Shown: positions 1 through 13,279 of the stretch, piece after piece | Layout: each line of letters opens with the position of its first letter | Numbering within the stretch: position 1 is the stretch's first letter | Source: Podarcis pityusensis | Taxonomy: Eukaryota | Reading direction: 5' to 3' (one strand) | Assembly (NCBI GenBank): GCA_964106645.2 | Contig: OZ067041.1 | DNA length: 64,000 nucleotides | Notes under the pieces: model-generated | Seen by the model: the letters and a program-made list of their open reading frames with translations, nothing else | What the model was told of the DNA's origin: nothing | The model's database searches: none | Made by a program: the position numbers and the translations under genes

Positions 1-665
1 AGTTTAAATGTTAATGGGCAAATTTTGGCCACAACTTTATTGAATACACAAATTTGACTGGTAATGACTTAGGCATTGGTATCAAAACTATATCTGGCTC
101 CTGCCCTACCCTGCAGGAAGCCTGTAAGGGTAACAACCAGCAGGGAGATCTCCGTCAGTGTATATTGACTGGTGCTCACCCCTGGGGTTCCCAGGGGTCC
201 TGGCATGGACCTAGCCCCTCTCAGGGTGAGATCCAGACCCCTGGATTCCTTTAACAGAATACCCTATTCATTGGAGGGGCAGGTGGTGGCCGCACCTCCC
301 CTCCCCACATTCCCCTAAACCAATGACTAACTGCCAAACCTTACAAAGTTGTGATGATTGCTAAGAGGTAGGCAAAAACCAAGTGGCCACAGACAATCTG
401 CCACATTGGGAAAAATTCCTACCCGGCCCCCATTCCCAAAGAGGTGACCAACCAAAGTCCAAAGCAAGGCCAAACACGACCTAATTAACGGGTGGGTGAG
501 CGGGTGTTCGGCAGCATGAAGCAAAAGGAGGTCCCTACATCGTGCTGCCAAATAGATACTCCCAACCCCCAACCTTTGCCACGATGCCAATTGGCTAAAG
601 GCTGGTAGCATAACTGTGGCAACACCGGCTTGGGGCGGGGCAAGCCCCACCCACAAGCCGGTAGG
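1..665 (-). mobile_element. LTR-like / DIRS-Ngaro-type terminal-repeat fragment (truncated by window edge)
   Basis: GC-rich block with GC box 632-640, CCAAT 587-594, TATA-like 550-558 and AATAAA 36-41 in order on - strand; family is inference. Confidence 0.4.
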
Positions 666-3600
666 GGAAGAGTTTCAGGGGCCAAGCACAACATGGATCC
701 TCTGTTAGGAGGATCCAACTTGCCAAGCATCTTTAGATTGCCCCTGGTACCAGCAAATCTGCAGCAGGAAGGTAAAGAGGAAAGAGGCAGGTTATGCTGA
801 GAAAGGCAGGTGAGTTGAACAGGTGAATTATGTCCAGAGCCAGCTTCAGAGTCCAGCTTCAAAAACAAGGTCTCCCACTGATCAGAACATCTTCTACTAA
901 AAAGAAAGGGGGGGGGGGAGTTAAAAACATCACAGCAGAATGAGAAGCAACTTCATGTGGATTTAGTAATACCATATTATTCAAATACAAACACTTTAAT
1001 TATTAGTACAATTATCACGAGTTTCATCTGAGTGGCTGTAAAGAAAATAAATAAATGAGTGTACACATACATATGTGCCTTAAAGTTATTCTCTGTTCTG
1101 TTGAACCAGGGCACAGCTAGGGTGTATTAAGTAGAAAACCCCAAGGCTGAGAAGAGCTTGTGTGCCACTTTTGACTAGACCATTGGTTAACCTTTAGCTT
1201 CATGTTTAGAGAGAGTGTGTCCCATCCTAGGTTTCAAGTTATGCTTCAAGATCTCCGTGAAGCCACAGATACCACCAGTTTGAGACTGCTGGAACATTCT
1301 TAAGAGACTTCTGCTTAGACAGAACTCTGGCTGTCTGCCAATACTGATCCTATAATTTACAGCTGCAGGGTCCATGAGATCAAATGGGGGCGGGGGAAAG
1401 CATCTATTACAGAAACAACTAAATGGGTCTCAGCCTCACATTTTATAGCATATTAAATATATGGAGTGGAACTAATGCCAAAAAATAGACATTTTCTACT
1501 TAGAACGGTAAAGCTGTCAGAATTTTAATAGTTTGGCGCACAATTGCCTTCAGGAAATACTGTAATATGTAGGGCTTTTTCCTTGATAAAGGCATACCAC
1601 TTAAACCAACAAGTAAAACAGTGTTTCATTTGCTCCTTCAGCATAATACCAATTTGCTGGTTGAAAAACCATTTATCGTGTATTGATCCAGGTAATTAGA
1701 CTTCTGCATTTCTTCTGGAAATCTGTGAAAACTAAAATGCTGACTCTGTTTTAGTCAGATGTGCAAATAAACTTTGATACAGTACTAATGTATGCTCTCA
1801 GGTCTGAAGAGCTCTGTTCTTTGTGGATTCTTTCAGAGCTCACTTTATCTGTGATTGCATTAAATTGGAAGTGTGACACTTTAGGTTATAGGTGATAGAT
1901 GCATACTGCTCAGAATGGGTTTACACATCAATGTACATTATTTGATTTATCTGTATTTATATACCACCCAACTTTATCAACCCCTAACTAGGATGTGCCT
2001 CTTCTGGGATGTGCTCCTGGGTGAGTTACGTGACCCACACCTTGCTTTTGCCCTGGGTTAATGTGAATTTTGCTGAGGAAAGGCACTGTGTGTATGAGAC
2101 TGTGGGACCTGCACAATAACAAGGAAAGGGAAGGGATTGTTACAGTATTTGATAAGAGGCTGAGAAGATGATCATGAGGTGAAGCCATAAGACGTTTGGT
2201 AGAGATAACTTTGAGAATATTCTGAGTCAAAATATGTTTACGAGATAGTGGGACAAATCACAAGGACAGTGCTTAAACTTTCCCCCTGATTTTTATTTTT
2301 TATTTTGCAAACAAGGAGAGTGGAATAGTTCCCACCTCTTAGCAACACAGAAAGGTCTGGCCCCACCTCTGATTGATTAATATTAATTAATTATATACCA
2401 CTTAATGCCAAGACAGGCTTCCAAGCCATTTACAAAAACCATGTGTAAAATCCTTAAAACATTCAACTCTGAACATAGCTTAAAACATGCAGCAAAACAA
2501 TAATCTTGCAACAGAGTAACTAGGACAGGGTACTTGGATCAAGAGATCAAGAGAATTCAATATCAGAAGTTCAGAATTAGTGAGTTGGAGTATACACTTT
2601 CTGCCTCTCTTCTCAGGGGAGTGATGGATAGAAAAAGTTCTCCAGGCCCTTTGTAGTGGTTGATATGAAGTACTTTGAAACTCAGAAGGGGCTAGACTGA
2701 TTTAACTTTTAAATAGGTAGACTAGAAGGGAGCTTTGGATAAGAGGAAAGCTTGGCTTCATTTGTTTCTTATCTTTTTAATTTTACATGGCTGTACTGTT
2801 TATTTTTACAAAGTTGTTTATTATCCTTATTGTTTTATCATTTCTTTATCACCCATTCTTCTTTGCATTTATAGTATTCCTCCTATTTTATTAAGCAGAT
2901 ATATAATTATTTCTCTACTACCCCTCGTGTTTTAAGTTTAGTTCACATGAGTTACCGTTTTAAGTGTATGGTCTTTTATTAGTGACTCAGCTGTGCCCAT
3001 GGAGAATAGTTTTGAACCCAGATTCATTTGCTGGAAAAGATCGCCAGTGAGAGATCTCCTACCATAAAACCTGTGTCTCATGCGCTTAAGGGAATCTTAA
3101 ATTCTGGATGCTCAGGCAAGATGTTCTTAAGTTCTGATTCTCTGGATGTAGTTAGGTAGGACATTTGTGTACTTAGAAAAAATATATTGGTAATATATCT
3201 CCCCAGGGGATCTTGTACTGTTTTAAATAGTCACTCCCTGACTCACCAAGTCATATATGGTAGCTTACAAAGAATTTGATCAACCTCCTTGTTTTGCTTC
3301 CTACCTGAGACCACCGAAAGTGTGTGTTCTCAGGCACCAGGCAGGTTACTATACCTGGTTGGTCATTAGAATTCAGCTTTATGGGTCACATATTGTGCAG
3401 GCTTGGCAAAAGATAACCAGCTAGAGGGATGAAAGACCAGCATAAATGTTGAAGCAGAAAGATGTTTCTTAGCGGAAAAGAAGCTATTAGTTTCCATATA
3501 TTTATCTTACTAATGAATACAGAGTACAATTATGAAATTATGCTGCGGCAGTAGTTTTTGAAGAGACATAATGTAATGTGATTTATCCTAAAATGCAGAT

Positions 3601-4390
3601 TAGAGCCCATCGATGGAACAAAAAAGAAAAAGAAAAAAAGGGTATGGTTCAGTGAAACATCAATAATACTTAATGCAATTCAGCACAAGATTGGCTTCTG
3701 AATCGGATCAAAGTTCTGACAACATAATAGGAAAGGATGATTGCTAATCATATGATACATCATGGATGGGTCAAAATGCTACCCTAGAGATCTGTTCTTT
3801 CTATTTATCGGCTCACATCTTGCATTTTCTGTGGCATGTTAGCTCTCAAGCTGAAATTGTGTGTGACGTTTAGGTAGTCAGGACCACTTGTAGGATGAAT
3901 AAAATAACTTTGGTACATTAACAGAGATATCAATGAATTTGTTATCATCATTTTCAGCAGCTGTGACAATCTGTTGCCTATTATGTAGCATTTGAGGGTG
4001 TGGCTGTTAATTAAAAAAATGTCAAGTTGGTCTTTACTCCTATTATTCCCTTCAGGTTTTTCCTCTATTGGTCTCTTCATTTCCTGATCTTCCAGGAATT
4101 CTCATACATCCCTCTTCTTTAAAACTCATGGGCATTTGTCAACATCACTCTTTGCCTCTCCAACAAAACTCTCCGGTTTCTTATCCTTCATGGTTCTCTT
4201 TAATTCCCTTTTGAAGCTGTCCAGATTGGTGGCAAAAATCACACTCCCTCTGGTAGAGAATTCCTTGGTTTAACTAAGTGCTGTGTGAAGTAGTCCTTCC
4301 TCCTATTTGTCCTCATTCTTCCACCATACATTTTCATTGGAAAAATGGCTTCTAAGTATTATATGAGAAAGAGAGAAAGACTTCTATCTA

Positions 4391-4616
4391 CAGTGGTACC
4401 TCGGGTTAAGAACTTAATTTGTTCTGGAGGTCCGTTCTTAACCTGAAACTGTTCTTAACCTGAGGCACCACTTTAGCTAATGGGGCCTCCCGCTGCTGCC
4501 ACGCTGCCGCCGCACGATTTCTGTTCTCATCCTGAAGCAAAGTTCTTAAGATGAGGTACTTTTTCTGGGTTAGCTGAGTCTGTAACCTGAAGTCTCTGTA
4601 ACCCGAGGTACCACTG
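4391..4616. mobile_element. Tc1/mariner-type MITE
   Basis: TIR cagtggtacctcgggtta / taacccgaggtaccactg with TA on both sides. Confidence 0.9.
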
Positions 4617-4988
4617 TACTTCTATACACCATGCATAATTCTGTCATGTTCCCACAGTTTACTTACATTTTAAAAATAAGTTTAAAAGTCTCAGTGATTG
4701 TAGCCTTTTCTTATTGAGAAGTTGCTGCAGCCACTTGATAATTTTTACCGCTCTATTCCAGCTCTGTAGCATTTTTTTTAAAATAACCAGACTTATAGGC
4801 AGTCTTTCAAATGTGGTCACACTAGATTTGTATAAAGGCATTTTGATAACGGTATTTTTAGTTACACAGTCAGACAATGGTTTGATGTTTTCATCAAGTT
4901 GTCCACCATAACCTCAGATCCCATTGTCATTTATGTGGTTAGGATTCTTTTTGCTCTAATGTAAATCACTTTCTACTTGGACTTACAT

Positions 4989-5228
4989 AGTGGTACCTCA
5001 GTTTACAAACTTAATCCATTCTGGAAGTCCGTTCTGAAACCAAAACCATTCTGAAACTGAGGCGCGCTTTCCCTAATGAGGCCTCCCACTGACGGTGCCC
5101 TTCCACTGTTTGGATTCCGTTCTTAGACCGAGGTAAAGTTCGCAACCCGGGATACTACTTCCGGTTTTCTGGAGTTCGTAAACTGAATAGTTCGTAAACA
5201 GGGCTGTTCTTAAATCGAGGTACCACTG
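4989..5228. mobile_element. Tc1/mariner-type MITE (related subfamily)
   Basis: agtggtacctc ... gaggtaccactg|ta termini. Confidence 0.82.
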
Positions 5229-5941
5229 TACTTAGACTTTATGTGCATACTTTATACTTATACTGAATTATATTTACTATGCTTATCATGCAGTTTTGTG
5301 AGTTTCATTTAAGAGTTCCTTGCAATCCCCTTTTCTTTTAAGAACATTGAACAATTGAGGGATCATGAACAAATATGGATATCATTCTGTTCCCCCAGAA
5401 CTACTGATAATTTATCAATGTTTAAAAAGCACTGGTCCTATACAGATCCTTGGAGGACCCCACTGTTCACATCTCTCCTTGATGCAGTCTGTCCATATAT
5501 TCTTATTTCTGTTATTTCTGATCCATACGAGGACCTCTTCTCTTATCCCATTCCTGTTGGCCTTATCTGGTACCAGATATGCTTTCTCCTTGTGGAGCTG
5601 GAAAGTATTTTTATTCAATTCATTCATGAAAGCCAGCAAGGAATAAATGCATGCCTACCTTCATCCAATATTGCATGCTTTTGATATGCTATTTGTTGGA
5701 TATTTCACAGACGATGTGGTAGGTATAAAGCTTTCTGGTCTAAATTATATTTTCATGGGAAAATACAAAAATAAATAAAACAAGGATGATGCTGTGATTC
5801 TTTCAGTAGGCTGAGTCCACATCTGAGTTTGCAATTTGTTTCTTGTTTTCCTTAAACTATTCGGATCACCTTGTTTCTGTGTCTTAACTTTATACTATAT
5901 TGTTAAACAGGGTGTTTATTATATTAATATAGATATGTTAT

Positions 5942-5968
5942 TATATATATATTTATCATATTAAACAT

Positions 5969-6003
<35 letters not shown>

Positions 6004-6019
6004 ATATATATATATATAT
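5942..6019. repeat. Compound (TA)n/(CA)n microsatellite
   Basis: Visible directly. Confidence 0.9.
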
Positions 6020-7448
6020 GGGTGTTAGATAAATGTGAATTTGGTTTCTAACAAATGTACATCTGGTTCCTTTGTCTGGATGCCATAACTCATGACCACA
6101 GCCTAGGGTTGCATATGATTTTGTGTTGCAGAATTGGGACCACACATGCGGCACTGAAAAGTTGACCAGTTCTGCCATATATGGTAGGGCTAAACATGTG
6201 CTTGGGCGTGAGGTACAAGCAGTGATGTGCACATATCTCTGAATCAGAATATTCAACCCATGAATTAGATTTCTATCACACTGTCCACTTAATCCAGTAA
6301 AGTCAGATTAAAATGATCCAACAATTTAGAACTATGTGACATAATCAAAACCCAAACCTGGCAATTAAAAGGCAGCAAGAAGTGGCAGTGGCAGAAGTGG
6401 CCAAAACAAAACAAAAAATAATGGTTAAGTGATCAAGTTATAGTGCAATTCTATGCATGTATTATTGGAAGTAAACCCCATTAAGTTCAGCAGGACTTGT
6501 GTTACATTCAGACAGCACTTTATTGTTTCCCTGACATTTCCTTACCTGATAATTTCAATCTTTTATGTGATATTTCACATGACATAAAAGCCACTTTTGG
6601 AAATCTGGTGGAGGTTTAGCACTTATTTCCATACTAATTGTTGTTGTTTTTTATTCTGTTTGCAACCCCATTAACTCGCAAGCCTGATAACTTGGAAAGC
6701 TGAGTTTTGTATTGTAGTTCCATGTGATGAAAAGTGGGGCAATATCCCAGCAAGAGTTCTTCCCCACTGTTCAAAATTCAGCTTGACATGGCAGTATGTC
6801 AATCTAAAAGCCACAGTTCCATAATGCAGCTGGTACTGCAGTGTAAAAGGAACATTAGAAATTGGGATAGAAACTCTAGCCTTATAATCAGTAAAACTAA
6901 CACAACAAACCTCACATTTGAATGCAGCCTTGCTTCCAGCCCATAACCATGTGTATTAGCCTAGCAAAGAAGTTTTGAGAAAGGCACTGAAAATATTGTA
7001 AGGTGGGGGATGACATATCTACCTAGGCAAGGAGTTATATAGGCTGGGAGCCATCACAGAGCAGGTCCCCTTCCACATTCTTACTGGACGTACTGCAGAA
7101 AAAGGGAAGATATACAGCATAACCTTATCAGATGTGCTCAGAGATAGAGCAGCCTAAAATGGAAGAACGAGGACCTTTAAGTATTCTGTCCTCAAGCCTG
7201 GTAGACTTCAGTAGTGCCAGCAAGCACTTTGATTGGAGTCCAAAAACTTACTGGTATCTAGTGCAGTTGGTACAGCAAAGGTGTCACATGTCCCAAGGAC
7301 CAGCCCACTTAGTGCTCTTGCTGCTAGCTGAAGTTTCTGAAAGCTTCTCTATAGCAGCCTCACATAGAGCACATTGCAGTAGCAGTCCATTCTTGAAGTA
7401 ACTATGGAGCAATGTAGTGTAGATAGATATTCTTTTCAGAGTCCTTAG

Positions 7449-7592
7449 CAGGGTTTTTTTTTCTTTTCATATCTGGAACTCGCCAGAGTTCAGTTCCAGC
7501 ACCTCTCAGGTGGGTACCATTGCCATTATAAGAGAACAAGAGAGATGTTCATGGTGAGTTCTGGCACTTCTTTTTCTAGAAAAATAGCACTG
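7449..7592. mobile_element. hAT-like MITE remnant
   Basis: cagggttttttttt ... ctagaaaaatagcactg imperfect termini. Confidence 0.45.
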
Positions 7593-7755
7593 GTCGTTTG
7601 GAAACCATAGTTTGGAAACCATAGCTATGTCTGCTAGGAACCTGTGTGAGCATTGGGTTTATACGCTTCACCCTCTCATAATTTTTCACAGTCACAAGGA
7701 GAGGATTAGAAACATTCATTTCTACTTTTGAACAAATCACAGTTTCTGGTTACTG

Positions 7756-7870
7756 GTGCTGGTTTTAGCCTTTAAAGCCCTAAACGGTTTGGGCCAAGGA
7801 TACCTGAAAGACCACTTTCATCCATATGAGCCTCACCAGATGCTCAGTTCAACATCCGAGGTCCTGCTGT
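7756..7870 (+). mobile_element. L2-type LINE ORF2 C-terminal fragment
   Basis: VLVLAFKALNGLGQGYLKDH motif typical of the L2 ORF2 3' region; similar fragment at ~51400-51480. Confidence 0.65.
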
Positions 7871-8922
7871 CTGGCCAATCAATAAACCAAATATTTATAT
7901 GTTTATATTCTTACATTTTTAGCCTACGTTCCTTCCATTTTGTAATCCAAGACAGCATTCATGTGCTTCCCAAAGACAGTCTTTCATCTATTCACTGACC
8001 AGAGCCAGAACTGCTTAGCTTCAGCAATGTGGTGGCCTCATGATTCTTCAGCTCAGACCTTGGGCAGGCACCTTACACAGGGCATTCTCAATGGTGTCCC
8101 CATACCTTTGAACCCTCTCCCCATTTCTGTTTTTTGTAACTTAAAAGGTTTTGCAAGAACAAACCATGCTTTAGATCCTCAGGGGTGTATTAGAAAAGTA
8201 TTTAAAACATGAATACTGGGGAAACTGGTTTGTTCTAGTTAAACCATAGTTTGTGCAAATCACAGCTCTCTGAATTCATAATGGAGGACTGTAGTTTGTT
8301 TAAAAGCTGAAAGGATACTTCCATTGAAACTCACTCCATTTAAGCGTCTGATGAGGTCCTTTCCAGTTCCATTTTAACAGCACCAGTATCAGCATTTTGA
8401 TGTTCAAGTTACACTTGTCTCAGGACCTATCATGTGACATTTGCTCAGGAGACAGCTTTTGCTCATCAATCTCTGTAGTTGGATAGGAGCAGAGCAGTTA
8501 GGGTAGAGAGGATCAATGGCGGAAAGGTGTCATTTTCATGTCATTCCATTTCTTTCATTTTCCACAAAAAATGTTCATGGCTCCCACAAAAAATAATAAT
8601 AATGAAAATATATTCATGATTCATTGATTCCCCCCCCCCTTTTAGTCTGCTCTTGTGGGTTGTAACCTTCATGGATATTGTACCCATTGCGTCTCAAAAG
8701 TTATCCTATCAGATTCTTACATTTTTAAGGCACATAACATTTTTGAGTTGTTTATTAATTTTTCAATCATTAGCATGGAATTCTGGGAAAAGTTAAATAA
8801 AGGATGGTGCGAGAGTAGGGGAATGTAACCCTGATGTCATTCATATGCTGTTTTGCTATGAAATAAGTCTCCATTAACCTATAACTACATGTCTCTGTAT
8901 TGGTGTGTGGTTGTTTTTTTAG

Positions 8923-9235
8923 GGCAAAAGATATGTTATGGTGATTCAACACACCCCTGCTACAAGATAGCCTATTTCCAAGACTTGTCCAGACGTCTGG
9001 GATTCCAGGAGGCTCGCCTGGCCTGTGAAATAGATGGCGGAGTACTCCTCAGCCTCGAAAGTGAAACAGAGCAAAAGTTAATAGAAAACATGCTGCAGAA
9101 CCTCACAAAATCAGGCCTCGGCATTTCTGACGGGGACTTTTGGATCGGGCTATGGAGAAGTGGTGAGGGACAAACCACATCAAGTGCCTGCCCTGATCTT
9201 TACAAGTGGACAGATGGAAGCAATTCACTCTTCAG
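8923..9235 (+). CDS. CHODL: Chondrolectin exon 2 (C-type lectin, N-part)
   Basis: ttttttag|G..TTCAG|gtaaa; GQKICYGDSTHPCYKIAYFQDLSRRLGFQEARLACE...DFWIGLWR...; phase 1-2. Confidence 0.96.
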
Positions 9236-9254
9236 GTAAATATTTTGTGTCATT

Positions 9255-9281
9255 TGCTGCTGCTGCTGCTGCTGCTGCTGC
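9255..9281. repeat. (TGC)n microsatellite ~20 nt into CHODL intron 2
   Basis: Visible directly. Confidence 0.9.
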
Positions 9282-9572
9282 AAACAGAGACCAAAAGGGG
9301 ATTTGGGGCTGCTAGGCAGACTTGATATTGCCCTGGGGCCCCATAATACCGGAAGAGAAAATGGATCCTGTGAAATAAGAATAATGAACTATGTATTAGT
9401 AGTTTATAAAGAAAGAAATGTTTACTAGTGAAATACCCACCAAATGCTGGCAGCATGTATGGAAATGTGACTAAGTGGGTGGATAAATGCTAATCTCAAT
9501 TTTCTCTGTTTTTGTCTCACTTTCCCCATTTCTCTGCTCCATCACTGAATCTAGCATAGTATTATTTATATC

Positions 9573-9708
9573 CAGGGTAGTCAACATGCTGTCCTTCAGA
9601 TGATGTTAAACTGCAGCTCCCAGCTTCCTTAGCCATTGACTATGTAGGCTGAAGATGATGGGAATTGTAGTCCAACAACATTTGAAGGCACCATGTTGGC
9701 TACCTCTG
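9573..9708. mobile_element. Short palindromic hAT-like MITE
   Basis: cagggtagtcaacatg ... catgttggctacctctg; related degenerate copies at ~12760-12888 and ~32032-32158. Confidence 0.65.
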
Positions 9709-9923
9709 GTCTTCATAGGCATACAGTGGTTTTCCAAAGCTTCAGAATGAAGTATTTCTCAGTCCTTGCTGGGAATTGAACCTTGGATGCTTTGCCTGCA
9801 GAGAATGTGCTTTACCACTGAGCTACTCCTGCTCCTTTTTTTAGATCCAGCAAAGCAAAAACGGACTCACAAGCAATAATAGTTTTCAAACTAATTTTTA
9901 CTGTAATTTGTGTATTGTTATAG

Positions 9924-10081
9924 AAATTGGTATACAGATGAGCCTTCCTGTGGCAGCGAAGCTTGTGTTGTGATGTATCATCAACCAACTGCAAATCCTG
10001 GCTTGGGAGGGCCTTACCTTTACCAATGGAATGATGACAGATGCAACATGAAGCACAATTTTATCTGCAAATATGGTCCAG
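9924..10081 (+). CDS. CHODL: Chondrolectin exon 3 (C-type lectin, EPS/WND motifs)
   Basis: tag|A AAT TGG...CCA G|gtagg; NWYTDEPSCGSEACVVMYHQPTANPGLGGPYLYQWNDDRCNMKHNFICKYGP; phase 2-1. Confidence 0.96.
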
Positions 10082-10676
10082 GTAGGAAATGCTGAAGATG
10101 AGCTTCAGATGTTATGTGTGATTTCTGGTTGACTTTTCAAACCCTTGAAGTCCTGGTGACTTTACCCTAGTGCAGACCATGTATCTCATTAACACAAGTG
10201 AAATTCACAGTTTAGTTGGATTAGTGTATAGAAGCAAGATAAAATGTAAACCAGGGGGGTACTATGTTATTCTGTTACTAAGAGGCAACATCACCCTGCT
10301 TCAAATTTTAATAGAGGGCCTAGATTTTAGCAGAAGTTAAACTAATCATTACACACTATTTTATTTTCTGCCTCAAGCATAGGATCTTGCATTAACTATC
10401 CATACAGTAGTATACATATCTCCTTATAAATAAATTTCATTGAGTTCAATGAGACTTATTCCAAGGGAAGTAGGTATAGAATTGCAACTCTAATTAAGTA
10501 CTTCTTAAGATGCTACAGGATGTATTGTGTCCTTAAGTACAAAAATGTATCCCACTGAACACAATTGTCAACATATGGTTTTAAGTATCTGAAAAGCTGC
10601 TTATTTAAATTTAGGATTGCCTGAAAAATGTAAACAACCTATTCCTCCCTGCCTTGTTTATATATTATTTTAACAG

Positions 10677-10724
10677 ATGACATCCTAGAAAAAGAATTAG
10701 GAGACAGAGCAGATCCAGATTATG
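10677..10724 (+). CDS. CHODL: Candidate 48-nt symmetric CHODL stalk exon (DDILEKELGDRADPDY)
   Basis: tattttaacag|AT...TATG|gtaaga; phase 1-1, open, in frame between exons 3 and 4. Confidence 0.75.
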
Positions 10725-11109
10725 GTAAGAAACGTTTGGATTGAGTTGCAGTGGTAAAGCAATAGAATCTCATCCATCATTTCCAAAAGCAAAACAATCC
10801 ATAGATTGGAAAAGCAGAGTAGCCATGGAACAGCTGAACAATGAATCCTGTAGAGAATAATAGTTACCATGTATGTTTTTATAAGTGAATGGATACATTT
10901 TGGAATATTTCAGTTTGTAACCCTTATTCCAGATGTTATCCCTATGTTACAGTAAAGTCCTTAGACGAGTTTATCACCTACACGTATTCATGTTCAAAAC
11001 TGATTAATCCTGTTGCCTTTGGAGCTTTTGCAAAGTGCAGTAATATGTGCAGATGTCCCAACACAGGAATTCAATTTTGTTTTCTTAAAATATGTAATTA
11101 CTTTCACAG

Positions 11110-11193
11110 AAGCCCAGCCAACGGTGCCAGCAGGGAAGCCTCACGATTCAAGCAAGCCAGAAGATCATTTTCCGGTGGTTGTTACTGAAACTG
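11110..11193 (+). CDS. CHODL: Chondrolectin stalk exon (mammalian exon 4)
   Basis: ctttcacag|AA GCC...ACT G|gtaat; EAQPTVPAGKPHDSSKPEDHFPVVVTET. Confidence 0.92.
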
Positions 11194-12332
11194 GTAATTG
11201 ATGCATATGATTCTGATATCTGAGTAATATTTAAATATAAAGCATAGACTGCAGACATGCAAACCCCACTTATTCATCATATGAATAAACTGGCTGTACT
11301 CCCAGAAACTAAAATGAACCTGAGCTCTGGGATTTTAAAAAGAAGAAGAATTCAAGATGTCGTTGCTGCAGGGCAAATAGCTCTACTTGGGTTTTTAAGG
11401 GGAAATGCTTTTTGTCAAGGATAGACATCACATCGCAAACAGCCAGAGTCAATATGCCAAGTATTTTCTCCCACAGTTTCCTCTCATTCTTACTTCAGAG
11501 CCACACACAGTGAATGAATTGCAGGGGGTTCTGCATGTTCAAGTCTTAATCTAGTCCATTAAGCTTAATGGACCGCAGAATAACTAATTAAAAAAAAAAA
11601 TGATCTAACAAAACATTTGGTTAATGAACAAGTTTTGGAAAGTCAGGTTTTTGCTAAAGTTCTGCACCTTCCCAATCAGGTTCTTGTTTTGTATGTTTGG
11701 CTTTTATAAATGGTGGCTGGTGAGGTTGTTTGCTGAGTACAACTGCCTACAGCTATGATGCTGAAGTAGGGGGCATGCATTTTCCCCTACATTGTTAGGT
11801 AGTGCTGGAGGTGGGGTACTATTGAAGCAACCTGCACCCGTGCTGGGTTGACCATCTGGTTACCAATCATACATGGGACTGGGTTCAGCACTCCCTGCTT
11901 CCACTGCTACCACTCAACACAGAAAGGAAATGATGAGAACCAAAAGCCCTGGCCAGGAGTGAAGATAAACCTTGGGTCACTCTCAAAACTTTTGCAGTTG
12001 TACTTTATGTGGAAAGGTCTTTAGAGGTGGGCAAGTTGTCTTTCAGGAAAGCTTTACTGCCATGACCAGTTTTTTCACTGAGGCCTTGAAAGAGCCTCAG
12101 GGTGGTGTTCTGCAGTCTACAGTTTTAAAATTGGAAGAGTAGAGTCCGTAAGGTTGGACACCTCTTGGGTTGTAAGATTTCATGGACTAGATCACGCTAG
12201 TTCATATGTGTGAGCCATTGGCTTAAGAGATCTCTGATTGTTGTGATTAACTGGTGCAGTACAAGAGAATTTGTGCAAGCAGAGCCCATGATTTCAATCC
12301 AAATACAATAATGAAACCCCTTTTTTTTGTAG

Positions 12333-12435
12333 GTTTAATTCCCAATTTAATTTATGTTGTTATACCTACTATACCACTGCTGTTGTTGATATTAGTGGCT
12401 TTCGGGACTTGCTGTTTCCAGATGCTGCATAAAAG
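12333..12435 (+). CDS. CHODL: Chondrolectin transmembrane exon
   Basis: tttttgtag|GT TTA...AAA AG|gtaac; GLIPNLIYVVIPTIPLLLLILVAFGTCCFQMLHK; phase 1-2. Confidence 0.96.
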
Positions 12436-13110
12436 GTAACTATTATGACTGGAGAGAAAGAGTGTCTTGGAACTTAAGCTCATGTATTATAAAATTAATC
12501 CTTCCAACTGACTCATATTCAAGGCCATTCCACACACAAAGCAAGGCCATTCTCATTTGCACTTGAAAATGAATATTATTCCAGTGTTATGCCTTGACTA
12601 AAATGGCAGGAAGTCCACATTTAATAATGTAGCCATATCGTCAAATATATAATGTGTTCAACATTATTAGCAGGTATATTGAGTTTGCAAAACCTTTTGT
12701 TCTAAGTAAGTTAATGCTGCTCTCATGCTAGTGTAAAGAACTCGTTGCTTTTGTAGATTAGTCATGGGGAACCTTGGCCTTCCAAATGTTATTGGACTAC
12801 ATTTTGCATTTTTGTTGCTTTTTGGCCATGCTGCCTGGGGCCAATAAGAGTCTATCAACATCTGGATGGCTGCTGCTTCCACACACCTGTTGTATAGTAT
12901 AGAAACTAGAAAACTAACATTTAAACCCAATGCCTAAGCAAACAGCCTTTAGATGGAAGAAAAGGTCCTTGTTGTGTACTTGATTACAATGCAAAACTGA
13001 ACTTACTACTTTTTCTACCCTGCTATCTACCCTGCTTTCTGTTATCAAAAGGATCACAGGAACAGGCTGTTTTTTAGGGCTGAATCAGCTGAAACACTTT
13101 CTTTGACACA

Positions 13111-13279
13111 GGCTGTGTACCCACCAAACACTGAAAGTACATGACACCACCTGAAGAATCCTGGGAACTGTAGCTTAACCCATCACAGAGCTACAATTCC
13201 AGTACCCTCAGCAAACCAAAGTCCCCAGGGTTCTATGGGGGAAAGTAATGTGCTTTAAATGTATGATGTGCACACAACC
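13111..13279. mobile_element. Palindromic Harbinger-like MITE
   Basis: ggctgtgtacccaccaaaca ... tgtatgatgtgcacacaacc imperfect TIR; core related to 57760-58057. Confidence 0.55.

Larger units (their letters stand above)
4130..5620 (-). mobile_element. Degenerate CR1 LINE ORF2/3' fragment interrupted by two MITEs
   Basis: - strand gives GIREEVLVWIRN and VNSGVLQGSV/GPVLF (CR1 RT SGVPQGSVLGPVLF motif with a frameshift); boundaries approximate. Confidence 0.65.

Noticed and set aside
11554-11573. Perfect 20-bp palindrome gtccattaagcttaatggac
   Set aside because: Resembles the dispersed ccattg..caatgg palindromic repeat core seen elsewhere in the window; no functional context.
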